A DNA stretch of 43,540 nucleotides, from contig CAYSJX010000001.1 of NCBI GenBank assembly GCA_964431445.1, positions 1-43,540 of the forward strand, read 5' to 3'. Under the pieces are notes generated by a model. The model was not told the origin of the DNA and searched no databases. It saw nothing but the letters and a program-made list of their open reading frames with translations. Origin of the DNA: an uncultured Oscillospiraceae bacterium (GTDB taxonomy: Bacteria > Bacillota > Clostridia > Oscillospirales > Oscillospiraceae). Position 1 is the stretch's first letter; every line of letters begins with the position of its first letter. Of this stretch, positions 34,968 through 43,540 are shown in pieces. The position numbers and the translations under genes were made by a program.

Positions 34968-36446
34968 TTAAAACGGTATCAAGTCATCTACTTCCACATC
35001 ATCAGCAAGTTCTGCTTCTTCGTTGTCAGAGAAGTAGTTAATAGCATAACCGAGCAAATCCACATATTCATCGTGAGCCTTTGAAGGGAAACCGCAAATC
35101 TCATCTATAAACTCATCATTCCATTCACCATCTACGATATAGACGCGCCCACACTCGACTTTCGGGGCAACTGCATGAAGACGCACGTCCTTTGGGTCTT
35201 TGGGTGTGGGTGTATAAGTCACGTTAAGGTCAGTGGAGACCTCAAGTTGTTGAACCACAGATTTGCCATTTGCCTTTGGCTCAACACGGAGCGTGCTCTG
35301 CCCACTGTCGTAGTCGTTGGCATAAAGGTAATCGGGTAGGAATTTCAGAAGGTCGGGAAACGACTTCCATACCTTCTTTGCGCAAACGATATAGATGTTG
35401 TTCTTTATCTTGCACGCTCCAATGATGCCCGATGGGTCATTGTCGGTCTTTTTCTTTTTTTCGTCATAGGCTGTATCGAGAAAGAAGTGCATAGTCTCAC
35501 GAAAACGTAAGGCACGAAAATCGGCGAATGAAATTCGTCTGAACCACGTTTCTTTGATAATGTTACCACCATCTGCGGTAGGTGTCTGCATATACTGCCC
35601 GGCATAGCCCCTGCTGCCCAAATCTGTCTTGGCTTCATTCAGCACGTTTCTGTTCAGTCGTCTTGCATCTAACAGGCCATCCACATAGAACTGTCGTAGC
35701 GAAGATGGCTTCACGTCATCACAATCCTCAGCCGGCAAGCAAATGTGGCGTATGTTGTCGCCTTTCTTTTTCAACAGATAACCCGTAACATCATCCTCAT
35801 GTAGTCTCTGCATAATAGTTACAACTGGAGTGTTGGCTTTATCCACCTTACGGCTTGATAGTGTCTTGGTGTGCTCGTTGGCTTGCACTCGCATTGATTC
35901 AGACTCAGCTTGCTTCGGGTTTACAGGATCGTCATTGATAATAACGTGTGCGTGAAAACCAGTAATCGTTGCGCCCGTAGAAGTAGCATAGCGATATCCA
36001 GTAGCAGTGTTCTCGTAGTTTTGTTTGCCCGATTTGTCCTTTCGTATCTGTATGTCGAAAAGCAACTGAAACTTGTCAGACTGAATAATGTCCTTTGACT
36101 TTGTAGCGTGCTCAATAGAAAGGCCGCCCGAATAAGAGTTTGTGATTATTCGGATGGTCGGGTCAAGTACCCACAACCACACTGGCCACATGATGGTAAC
36201 GATGGTTGATTTGGTTGTGCCTGGTGGAATGTTCACGATAAGGTCATACGGCTTCGGCTCTCGGTTCACAATCGAAACCGAGAGCTTCTGCAACTCCTCA
36301 CACAAGAACGGAATATGCCAGTTAAAGACTGGTGTCTCTTTGATTATAACGTCCCAAAACGTCTGCACAAAGAAAAAGAAGTCTTTTCTACATTTATCCG
36401 CTACAACTTGTAGAGCGAGACTCGTATAATCTATCCGTCGGATCAT
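34968..36446 (-). CDS. terL: Terminase large subunit
   Basis: Walker A NIPPGTTKS, IINDDP, IMQRLHEDD, GQYMQTP, FLDTA, and nuclease motif FPSKAHDEYVD. Confidence 0.95.
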   Translation of the reverse strand: MIRRIDYTSLALQVVADKCRKDFFFFVQTFWDVIIKETPVFNWHIPFLCEELQKLSVSIVNREPKPYDLIVNIPPGTTKSTIVTIMWPVWLWVLDPTIRIITNSYSGGLSIEHATKSKDIIQSDKFQLLFDIQIRKDKSGKQNYENTATGYRYATSTGATITGFHAHVIINDDPVNPKQAESESMRVQANEHTKTLSSRKVDKANTPVVTIMQRLHEDDVTGYLLKKKGDNIRHICLPAEDCDDVKPSSLRQFYVDGLLDARRLNRNVLNEAKTDLGSRGYAGQYMQTPTADGGNIIKETWFRRISFADFRALRFRETMHFFLDTAYDEKKKKTDNDPSGIIGACKIKNNIYIVCAKKVWKSFPDLLKFLPDYLYANDYDSGQSTLRVEPKANGKSVVQQLEVSTDLNVTYTPTPKDPKDVRLHAVAPKVECGRVYIVDGEWNDEFIDEICGFPSKAHDEYVDLLGYAINYFSDNEEAELADDVEVDDLIPF

Positions 36447-36880
36447 TCTTCTTTCTTGTTGATTATGTCAAGCCCAATACTGAGCAGCACGTCTCGCTGT
36501 TCGGGTGATAATTTAGACAGGTCAAGTTCAGAGCCTTTGAGTAGGTCTTTGCCGTCACGTCCCGTTATCTCGCTGCGCTCTGTGTAGCCACGGTCTTTCA
36601 TCTGAGTCTTGGCATAAAAAATTATCATCGTTGTATCACCCTCTTTCATTTTTTTCAGTATAAGGCTTTCGGCAAAGTCCTTTTGCAGTTCCTTTACATC
36701 ATCCGCCTTTTCCTTGAAGTCAGGATCCTCGTTGTAGTAGCGATAGTATGTCATGCGTGATATATTGCACGCACGGCACGCTGATGCAACGATACCGCTA
36801 TTCTTGGAAAGTGCATCGAGAAGGTCTTCCTTCTCCTTGGCGACCCTCTCGTCAATTTTCTGTTTATCACGTTCTGCCAT
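36443..36880 (-). CDS. terS: Terminase small subunit (HTH)
   Basis: GIVASACRACNISRMTYYRY helix-turn-helix, IIFYAKT...RGY; directly upstream of terL. Confidence 0.8.
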   Translation of the reverse strand: MAERDKQKIDERVAKEKEDLLDALSKNSGIVASACRACNISRMTYYRYYNEDPDFKEKADDVKELQKDFAESLILKKMKEGDTTMIIFYAKTQMKDRGYTERSEITGRDGKDLLKGSELDLSKLSPEQRDVLLSIGLDIINKKEE

Positions 36881-37961
36881 GTTTCTTGTCTCTGTTTTGA
36901 ACGTCCCTATACAAGTCGCCTACAAGAATACGATAGTTGCGCTTCTTGGGGTCGCCTGCAAGCAGGGTTTGGTACAATTTCTGGTATGTCTTTACGGACG
37001 TGGCTTCGGTGCATCGAGCGTACACTTTCTTGCAGATTTCATAACCCGGATAATCGTCCGGGTTCTTGGCTGCTTTCTTCATTTCCTCAATGAACATAGC
37101 CTTGTAGTCCTTTCCCTTCTCCAAATCAAACTTATTGTCCTGCTTGGACGAACGGAACATATCTGTGTCGTGATAGAGCATTACAAGGTCTGCGTTCGGC
37201 TCCCGTCTCAGAATGCGCTGATACAAGTCTGGGTAAAACTCCAAAACCTTTGGAAGGCTCTTGATTGTGTCAATAGAGAAAAATTGCGATATGCGGAGCT
37301 TATTCAGTGCTACGCCTACTTTGTATAGGTAGATGTAGGTGATAGGAATTTGAAGCCCCGTACGCTGTATATAGAGCCAAATGTCTTTGTCTCGCCAATC
37401 GTAAATCGGATAGATGAATGTCGATTTCGTCATCGATGAAATCGCACTCCTGCGTTGCAGGCTTTCAGAGCATCGCAAACCAACCATCTGCGGTATGTCC
37501 TTGAAGATTTTCTCACCGAATACTTGGTAGCTCATTCCCATTCTGAAAGCCGTGTGATTGCGTATGGCAAACTTTGGCATTGGACGCACCCAAACACTTT
37601 CCTGCCCCGGCTCCCAACAAATAAAGCTCTCGTCATTCGCCAACTTGTTACAGCAGTTGTAGTGTTTGATGGGCAGACAAAACCAAAAAAACTTTGCGCC
37701 TAACGCCATAAACTTGCTTCTCCATTCAAGAACTAACTTCTCCACATCGGGATAGATGGCCTCTTCATCGAAGAACGTAATCATCAGTCGTGCAAACGAT
37801 ATGCCGTATTTCTGCATCGTCTTGATAACAATGTCAGCCATACAGATGCTATCCTTTCCGCCCGAGAAACTCATCGAGACGGTCTTGTTATTGCGGAACG
37901 CTTCAAGAACCCTGCGCTCTGCCGCTTCCACAACATTGCATTGTAAGTCTTTGATGTACAT
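36867..37961 (-). CDS. PP-loop / PAPS-reductase-family protein (IbrA-like)
   Basis: SFSGGKDS PP-loop, FFDEEAIYP, VGLRCSESLQR, YPIYDWRDKDIW. Confidence 0.85.
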   Translation of the reverse strand: MYIKDLQCNVVEAAERRVLEAFRNNKTVSMSFSGGKDSICMADIVIKTMQKYGISFARLMITFFDEEAIYPDVEKLVLEWRSKFMALGAKFFWFCLPIKHYNCCNKLANDESFICWEPGQESVWVRPMPKFAIRNHTAFRMGMSYQVFGEKIFKDIPQMVGLRCSESLQRRSAISSMTKSTFIYPIYDWRDKDIWLYIQRTGLQIPITYIYLYKVGVALNKLRISQFFSIDTIKSLPKVLEFYPDLYQRILRREPNADLVMLYHDTDMFRSSKQDNKFDLEKGKDYKAMFIEEMKKAAKNPDDYPGYEICKKVYARCTEATSVKTYQKLYQTLLAGDPKKRNYRILVGDLYRDVQNRDKKHGRT

Positions 37962-37974
37962 AAAGCGTCCCTCC

Positions 37975-38508
37975 TTACCCTCGTCTTAACACTTGTGCCT
38001 TGCTAAACTTTTGGTCTCCTCTTGATGTAACCAGTTTTAAGAATGTTTCCCGGTCAATCTTGGAAAGTCTGAAAATCTCCTCACGGCTCATGCCGAGTTT
38101 TTTTGAAATCTCGTCCACTTGCAATCCTTCATCGAGCAATTTCTTAACAATGTGCTCCATAGGCTCAAGCAAGTGAGTACCACGCGCACGATTGAAAGTA
38201 ACGGTTCCTGCCATATCGTCCGTTGCATTCTCATGTGCAACAATCACAACTGGGATTTTGTTGCCGAGAAGCGTTTTCAACGGCTCACGCCCCGACACCA
38301 TCCAGCGGTGGAAACCGTCAATAATGGTATAGTCGGGGCGAATCACGATAGGAAAGCAAAAACCATTGTTCAGAATACTCTCCGTGAGCAAGTCAAGGTT
38401 CTTCTTCAAAACCTTGTTAGGGTTGTAGTCGTTGGGCTTGACCAAATCACGGTCAACGATCTGCAAGTTTCGCAATGGTGCGAATAGGTCTTTGTCTTTC
38501 TTTGCCAT
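37975..38508 (-). CDS. ParB/Srx-domain protein (IbrB-like)
   Basis: PNDYNPN, IIDGFHRW, TVTFNRARGTH, C-terminal HTH (EISKKLGMSREEI). Confidence 0.85.
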   Translation of the reverse strand: MAKKDKDLFAPLRNLQIVDRDLVKPNDYNPNKVLKKNLDLLTESILNNGFCFPIVIRPDYTIIDGFHRWMVSGREPLKTLLGNKIPVVIVAHENATDDMAGTVTFNRARGTHLLEPMEHIVKKLLDEGLQVDEISKKLGMSREEIFRLSKIDRETFLKLVTSRGDQKFSKAQVLRRG

Positions 38509-38528
38509 AGGTGTTGATTTTTATTTGA

Positions 38529-39116
38529 TTAAATGGTGATTTCTTTGCCACAATGCGGGCAAATCATTGTGCGGGCAGTCTGCATCCCACTTTCAATATC
38601 TTGCCGTTCTTCATCCTGGTCGTCTCGCTTCTCCTGCGGTATTTCGTCCACCTGCTTCTCGTTGCTCTGCGGTTTGGGGGCCGGTTGCGAGTAGTCCACG
38701 CCCATATTGTCCTTTACAGACTCGTTGATGATGGCATCGAGATAGTCAGTACCAAAGCCGATGATGTCAAGTTCCCCCACCTCACGGATGATATCCTCAA
38801 TCTTGGTGAAGTCTACGTACGACATTGACTGAATCTTGTTGTCTTCAATAACGATTTTTAGCTTCTGTTTGTCTGTCAGACCACGCATGATGCGTACCTC
38901 CCCCTCTGTCTTTCCGAGGTGCTGTAAGGCAAGAACCTTGCCGTGGCCGCAAAGGATTTTGAAATCCTCGTCTACGATAATTGGGTAGTACTGCCCGTAG
39001 GTTTCCATGCTCTTTGCCATTGCGGCAATCTGTTCCTGCGGATGGATGTTAGGGTTCTTCTCATATGGAACGAGCTTTGCAAGTTCCACAATCTTTGTTT
39101 CGTGCTTTACTGCCAT
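38529..39116 (-). CDS. ParB N-terminal domain protein with C-terminal zinc-ribbon half motif
   Basis: LVPYEKNPNIH, PIIVDED..ILCGHGK, IEDNK, terminal CPHCG. Confidence 0.85.
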   Translation of the reverse strand: MAVKHETKIVELAKLVPYEKNPNIHPQEQIAAMAKSMETYGQYYPIIVDEDFKILCGHGKVLALQHLGKTEGEVRIMRGLTDKQKLKIVIEDNKIQSMSYVDFTKIEDIIREVGELDIIGFGTDYLDAIINESVKDNMGVDYSQPAPKPQSNEKQVDEIPQEKRDDQDEERQDIESGMQTARTMICPHCGKEITI

Positions 39117-39922
39117 GATGTATTACTTTTTGTATTGATAAATTCTTTTGCCGATGCGATATAAGGTGCCGCATCTTTCACCATTTGCGGATTGATGTCC
39201 CATAGTTCCTGCCAACCGTTCTGTGTTGTGCCTACCCATTGACGAGCTGGCCACACTCCAGTTCCAACGATATAGCCGTTCTTCCAGTTGTATATGGGAG
39301 GGGTATTGTCGTTCAAGAAGTAGTGTATCACCGCCATAACGTCCTCGTGCTTCCAGTGTGCTATTGGTGAGAAGCGAGTAACGCCTTTTGCATCAGTATA
39401 GATGTTCCGCCCCTTACCACCAACATAATTTCCGTCTTGAAGTCTGCGACCCAAACATATGATGTCAAGGTGCTGCTCCTTGAAGTAGATGGCTTGTCCT
39501 CTGTGTTGCAGAATATGGAACCACTGCGCTGCATACTTGGAATCGGTGGGGAAGAGCATTTCGGGATGATCCGCAACATACTTGATGTCAAGTTTCGGGT
39601 TGTCCACGATTGTAAGTCCTTTCGGAGCATGAGCCTTGCACCATTCCACAAAGCCCGGATACTCAATCTTGGAAGCAGTGCATAACACGCATTTGTTAAT
39701 TCCAGCACGCTCACATACGACTTGAAGGGCGAGACTATCCTTGCCACCGCTCCACGCATAAGCAACGTTCTTTCCTGCGGTCTTTGCCTTGATGTCTGAA
39801 ACGGCATCAGCAACCAACCTCTCCGCTTCCTCACGGGAGATTAGTTGCTCGATGTTGTTCCACGCCTTGACAAAATCCTCGTTCTTGGACGATTGCTTTT
39901 TGCCTAAAACGTACTTTGCCAT
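39107..39922 (-). CDS. Second PP-loop / PAPS-reductase-like protein
   Basis: AWSGGKDSLAL, LGRRLQDGN, RFSPIAHWKHEDV. Confidence 0.8.
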   Translation of the reverse strand: MAKYVLGKKQSSKNEDFVKAWNNIEQLISREEAERLVADAVSDIKAKTAGKNVAYAWSGGKDSLALQVVCERAGINKCVLCTASKIEYPGFVEWCKAHAPKGLTIVDNPKLDIKYVADHPEMLFPTDSKYAAQWFHILQHRGQAIYFKEQHLDIICLGRRLQDGNYVGGKGRNIYTDAKGVTRFSPIAHWKHEDVMAVIHYFLNDNTPPIYNWKNGYIVGTGVWPARQWVGTTQNGWQELWDINPQMVKDAAPYIASAKEFINTKSNTSWQ

Positions 39923-39924
39923 AC

Positions 39925-40545
39925 TCAGTCGAATTGTAGTGCCATACCTATCTGAACGGACTTCGTGCCACCGTCATACTTCATCTGAAGCCAGTCTGTC
40001 GGGGTGACTTTCCAACGTGCGTTAGCAATGAAGCCCGGCTTTGTCCTGCATGAGTAACCTGCGTTCACGACAAACATACGGTGCGCCCATCCACCAACAA
40101 ACTGCAATCTGTCCCCGTCACAGAACTTTTTGCCGTTATAAATGTTCTCCCATGTTCCATCAACCATAAAGCCAAGAGGGAGCTTGTATGTGGCAGATAG
40201 TGTATGTTTGTATAAGTTCGCCTTTGTGTCGTAGATGGAGCGAGAGAGAACATAGAACTTCTTTGCAATGTTCGCATTGAGCCACACCTGCGGAATGAAC
40301 GCTTCTTTGTTGATGTTGTACTGCAAGACTGGTGTGATACTGAAATGATCCCCGATGTCCTGCTTGTAGCCCATAAAAGGCGCAATACTCACATCATTGC
40401 TGTTGTGGAGACTAACCGTAACTGGGAGCCATACACGGAACTTGGTAGGCTGAGTGATGCCATCGTATACCTGCGCACGGGCTTTCATGCCGAGCAGAAT
40501 ACTGAGGGCTGATAGAATGAGAATAATTCTGATACGATACTTCAT
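39925..40545 (-). CDS. Exported protein, predicted small outer-membrane beta-barrel
   Basis: Signal peptide MKYRIRIILILSALSILLGMKARA|Q (AxA cleavage, Gln at +1); repeated amphipathic aromatic-rich strands; ends IGMALQFD. Confidence 0.65.
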   Translation of the reverse strand: MKYRIRIILILSALSILLGMKARAQVYDGITQPTKFRVWLPVTVSLHNSNDVSIAPFMGYKQDIGDHFSITPVLQYNINKEAFIPQVWLNANIAKKFYVLSRSIYDTKANLYKHTLSATYKLPLGFMVDGTWENIYNGKKFCDGDRLQFVGGWAHRMFVVNAGYSCRTKPGFIANARWKVTPTDWLQMKYDGGTKSVQIGMALQFD

Positions 40546-40572
40546 GTTCTTTTGCGTTTTAAGATGATTAAA

Positions 40573-42027
40573 TTACTTGTTGATGGTCTCTAATGTCTTT
40601 TGTGGTAAAAGGCGAGAAATCGCCCCGGACAAGCCAATGGTGAGCAGTGAGCCTGCCACAATCATAGGGACGTTTCCGTTGAGATTGCCAAATGCAAAGA
40701 TTGGCAGACCGATTACGATACTTGCGAGAATACCGTAGAAGATACCCCTCTCTGTCATGTTCTTGCCGTTGATGGCGAATATGGTCGGGAGCATAACTGA
40801 ACTGCGAAGCGTTCCATAGAACAAGAACAGGTATGTAATGGTAAGCCCAGGAATGTTCGCTACTGCTATTGCCAATACGCATACGATAACCATAACAATG
40901 CGAGCGATGTTGATAGAAGAGTAAGTCTTGCCGTTGATAGTTACGCTCTCCCCGTCAGCCTTGCCGTCTGAAAGTCTCATAACAACATCATGCCCGGCAA
41001 CAGACGATACCGCACAGAAGATGCTATCCACGGTAGAAATCAGTCCTGCCAAAATCATAATGAAGAACAGATACAAGAACCAACGAGGTAAGAAAGCGAT
41101 AACTGCGCCCACGTTTACGAGCTGCGTGTCTGCAATGTCAAGTCCTGCACCTGCTGCGAACAGACCGAAGCAAGCAAGCGATGTCGGCACGATACCGAAG
41201 ATGAACGCTGCCGAAATCATTGTTCGCTTCACTTTGTCCTGCTTCACACAGAACACTCTCTGCCAAAACATCTGGTCGCCAAACGTGCCCGAAAGCAGAC
41301 CGATTGTGGTAGGCAGGCCAAACGACAACATTACAGCGATACCAGTTGTGTCGAACAAGTGGCTATAATCGCCAGTGATACCACCAAGACCATGAATAAG
41401 GGTGCCGAGTCCCACATTAGCGGTCATAATAGGCAGACCGAGCAGCAAAACAATAGCAATAAATCCCATCTTTGCAAAGTCTGTAATAACAGAACCACGT
41501 ATGCCGTTTGTCATTGAGTAGCACAAAGGGATGATGGACAAAATAAGTGTCGTGGTGAAAAAAGGAAGCCCCGTAATCTTATGAAATATTGTTGCCCCTG
41601 CGAGCAACTGCACAGCGAGCGAACAAATCTGCAACCCGAAACTTTCCACAAGGAACATATTGTGCGCCCTCTTGCTATACTTCTCTCTGATGTAGTCGCT
41701 GAATGTCCAACCAACGGGACGGATTGTGCGCATTTTGTTTGCGAAGAACGCAAATAAAATCATCGTAAGAATGTTCGGCACAACGAACCAAAACATTCCT
41801 GCGAGCCCTTGTGTGTATGCTTTCTCTGCCGCTGTGAACATGGATGGTGCCCATACCCATGTCGCCGCCATAGAGAATGCTGTTAATAACCATGGAGCAG
41901 AATGCCCTGCTGCCAAAAACTCTTCTTTTGTCTGTAGCCTTTTTCTCAGACAAAGCACGATGAATACTGTCACTGCAAAAAAGATAGCAATAAGCATCCA
42001 TCCATCAAACTGTGTTAAAATCTGCAT
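40573..42027 (-). CDS. Sodium:solute symporter (SSS) family transporter, DUR3/PutP-like
   Basis: 484 aa with about 13 hydrophobic segments; EEFLAAG, FSMAATWVWAPS, TFSDYIREKY, GIRGSVITD, DQMFWQR, AGLISTVDS. Confidence 0.9.
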   Translation of the reverse strand: MQILTQFDGWMLIAIFFAVTVFIVLCLRKRLQTKEEFLAAGHSAPWLLTAFSMAATWVWAPSMFTAAEKAYTQGLAGMFWFVVPNILTMILFAFFANKMRTIRPVGWTFSDYIREKYSKRAHNMFLVESFGLQICSLAVQLLAGATIFHKITGLPFFTTTLILSIIPLCYSMTNGIRGSVITDFAKMGFIAIVLLLGLPIMTANVGLGTLIHGLGGITGDYSHLFDTTGIAVMLSFGLPTTIGLLSGTFGDQMFWQRVFCVKQDKVKRTMISAAFIFGIVPTSLACFGLFAAGAGLDIADTQLVNVGAVIAFLPRWFLYLFFIMILAGLISTVDSIFCAVSSVAGHDVVMRLSDGKADGESVTINGKTYSSINIARIVMVIVCVLAIAVANIPGLTITYLFLFYGTLRSSVMLPTIFAINGKNMTERGIFYGILASIVIGLPIFAFGNLNGNVPMIVAGSLLTIGLSGAISRLLPQKTLETINK

Positions 42028-42067
42028 AATAAATTTTTGATTGATGTAACATTTGTTATTTCGTATG

Positions 42068-42098
42068 CAAAGGTAATCACAATGCGCCTAACAAGCGC
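42068..42098 (-). promoter_or_regulatory. -7 promoter box plus operator-like site 3, upstream of the transporter-terminase operon
   Basis: TACCTTTG at 42068-42075; GCGCCTAACAAGCGC at 42084-42098 matches site 2 at 12/15. Confidence 0.6.
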
Positions 42099-42124
42099 AC
42101 TTTTGCGCCGCAAAATTTACTCAT

Positions 42125-42472
42125 TTATCCCAAATAAGCCGTAACCACCTTGATAAATTGTTCCAAGCTGCGCACGATAACGTACTTGTTGCCACACGCC
42201 GCCGCTATCGCTTCCCACTCTCTCTGCCGTTCAGACTGCTTGCCCGTTGCGGTCTTAAACTCAATACAGAGCGAGCCATATCCTCGTCTTGAAACAAGCA
42301 GTATCATGTCTGCAACACCAGGCGTTACGCCCTCCGCTTTCATTATGCTTGCTTCAAACTTTCCTCGCTGCCCTCCATTAGGCACAGCAAACAGAAGCGG
42401 TGCAAACTGGCGGTACTGATAATCGAACCACCGCTTGCACGCTATCTGTATTTTGCTTTCGATATGTCTCAT
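42125..42472 (-). CDS. VRR-NUC (PD-D/ExK) nuclease
   Basis: ESKIQ...FAVPNGG...GVTPGVADMILL...IEFK...GKQSERQREW; ATG at 42472 preferred. Confidence 0.9.
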   Translation of the reverse strand: MRHIESKIQIACKRWFDYQYRQFAPLLFAVPNGGQRGKFEASIMKAEGVTPGVADMILLVSRRGYGSLCIEFKTATGKQSERQREWEAIAAACGNKYVIVRSLEQFIKVVTAYLG

Positions 42473-42476
42473 GTTA

Positions 42477-42905
42477 TCAGAATGGCAAATCAGGCTCTCT
42501 TGGCTGCGTAGGATATTGAGGTGTCTGCAGACCCGTATATGGGGATTGTCGCTGTTGAGTTTGTACCGTTGATTTGCTATCCAACATTTCAAGCGATTCA
42601 GCGTTAATCTCCATGATTGAGCGTTTCACCCCATTTCTGTCTTCATACTGCCTGGTTCTCATTTTGCCCTCGATGAAAACCTTTGCCCCTTTTCTAAGAT
42701 ACGCTTTCACCACATCTGCGATACGCCCGAAACAGACGATGTTATGCCACTCCGTTCTGTCTGGTATCTGCGTTCCGTTCTTGGCTGTATAGCCTTTTTC
42801 TGTTGTTGCCACACAGAATGAAGCAACAGTGCCACGGCCATTATCTAAGACCGTGATTTTCGGGTCTTGTCCGATATAGCCAATTACTTGTGCCTTGTTT
42901 AACAT
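42477..42905 (-). CDS. ssb: Single-stranded DNA-binding protein
   Basis: LNKAQVIGYIGQDP, TEWHNIV, KGAKVFIEGKMRTR, C-terminal DLPF. Confidence 0.97.
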   Translation of the reverse strand: MLNKAQVIGYIGQDPKITVLDNGRGTVASFCVATTEKGYTAKNGTQIPDRTEWHNIVCFGRIADVVKAYLRKGAKVFIEGKMRTRQYEDRNGVKRSIMEINAESLEMLDSKSTVQTQQRQSPYTGLQTPQYPTQPREPDLPF

Positions 42906-43003
42906 GCTCTTGTCTTTATTTGTTGTTTGTCTGTCATGCCCGTATTTCTTCTTATTAGAAGAATATAAATATATTATATACTTACTATCTATCTACCGAA
43001 TAA

Positions 43004-43468
43004 CTAAGTAGAGTATCGGAATGGCGTGAAGTGAATTATTATCCCTTGAAAAAGGGTAGCGTTATACGATCCATTCCCAAAGAAATAGTCCACGAAATCA
43101 GACCACGCTAAGCCATCATGCTCTGCAAGTGCTTTCACATCTGCGAACGGCTTTCCGTTTATCACCGCTCTAACGTTGCCAGTGTCGGGGTCATACGACA
43201 TTGATATTCGTTCATAGCCCACATCTGACAGCGAGACTATCTCTTCTTGCGGAGAGCGATACGGAACACCCATCCACTGTCTGAGCGATACGATATGGGT
43301 GCCACTGATGACTTTATCAAGATTGTGTTTCCATCTTTCGTAGCCAGTACGTATAGTGTGTATCTTCTTGCCGTTCTTGATACTCCGTAGGAAGAATGTT
43401 TTTACCCCTGCACGCTTGTGCGTGCGGGGGAATGTCTTAGATAAACTTATGATAACTCTTTTCTTCAT
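43004..43468 (-). CDS. Hypothetical protein, ASCH/PUA-like
   Basis: IKNGKKIHTIR and ALAEHDGL...DFVDYF resemble the ASCH GxKxxTxR and AxxDG motifs. Confidence 0.5.
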   Translation of the reverse strand: MKKRVIISLSKTFPRTHKRAGVKTFFLRSIKNGKKIHTIRTGYERWKHNLDKVISGTHIVSLRQWMGVPYRSPQEEIVSLSDVGYERISMSYDPDTGNVRAVINGKPFADVKALAEHDGLAWSDFVDYFFGNGSYNATLFQGIIIHFTPFRYST

Positions 43469-43540
43469 CTGAAAATCACTTTATCTGTTGGTTTGTTATC
43501 TTCCGCTTTAACGAAATTGACACACCCATTACTTGGCAGT
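43465..43540 (-). CDS. 3' end of an upstream gene (partial)
   Basis: Open frame ...LPSNGCVNFVKAEDNKPTDKVIFR* whose TGA overlaps the next ATG (ATGA). Confidence 0.4.
   Translation of the reverse strand, partial: LPSNGCVNFVKAEDNKPTDKVIFR

Noticed and set aside
40573-42027. Host gene marking the prophage boundary
   Set aside because: Flanked on both sides by phage genes (terminase module; VRR-NUC/ssb) in the same orientation, so it is phage cargo.
42906-43003. AT-rich intergenic stretch with TTCTTCT-N4-AGAAGAA as a replication origin
   Set aside because: No iterons or initiator gene visible; insufficient support.

Overview
The window covers about 43.5 kb of a tailed (siphovirus-type) phage or prophage. 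The host is most likely Bacteroidales, judged from TAnnTTTG promoter boxes and a Gln at +1 after a signal peptide. Almost all genes are on the minus strand. In transcription order they are: ASCH-like gene, ssb and VRR-NUC; an accessory operon (sodium:solute symporter, predicted outer-membrane beta-barrel, two PP-loop/PAPS-reductase-like and two ParB-like proteins) running straight into terS/terL/portal; a MuF head protein fused to an ADP-ribosyltransferase; a plus-strand cassette inserted in the head module (MoxR-type AAA+, VWA-like, DUF3560-like, ADP-ribosylglycohydrolase); scaffold, decoration, capsid, neck and tail genes, including a tRNA-like element and a -1 frameshift chaperone; tape measure and tail tip; a 2.27k-aa adhesin-like protein targeted by a diversity-generating retroelement (114-bp TR/VR pair, 12 mismatches all at TR adenines, RT adjacent, no avd); then lysis-proximal membrane genes. 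The strongest candidate for an undescribed system is the transporter + barrel + PP-loop + ParB operon coupled to the terminase. Family assignments come from motif recognition by eye; no searches were run.
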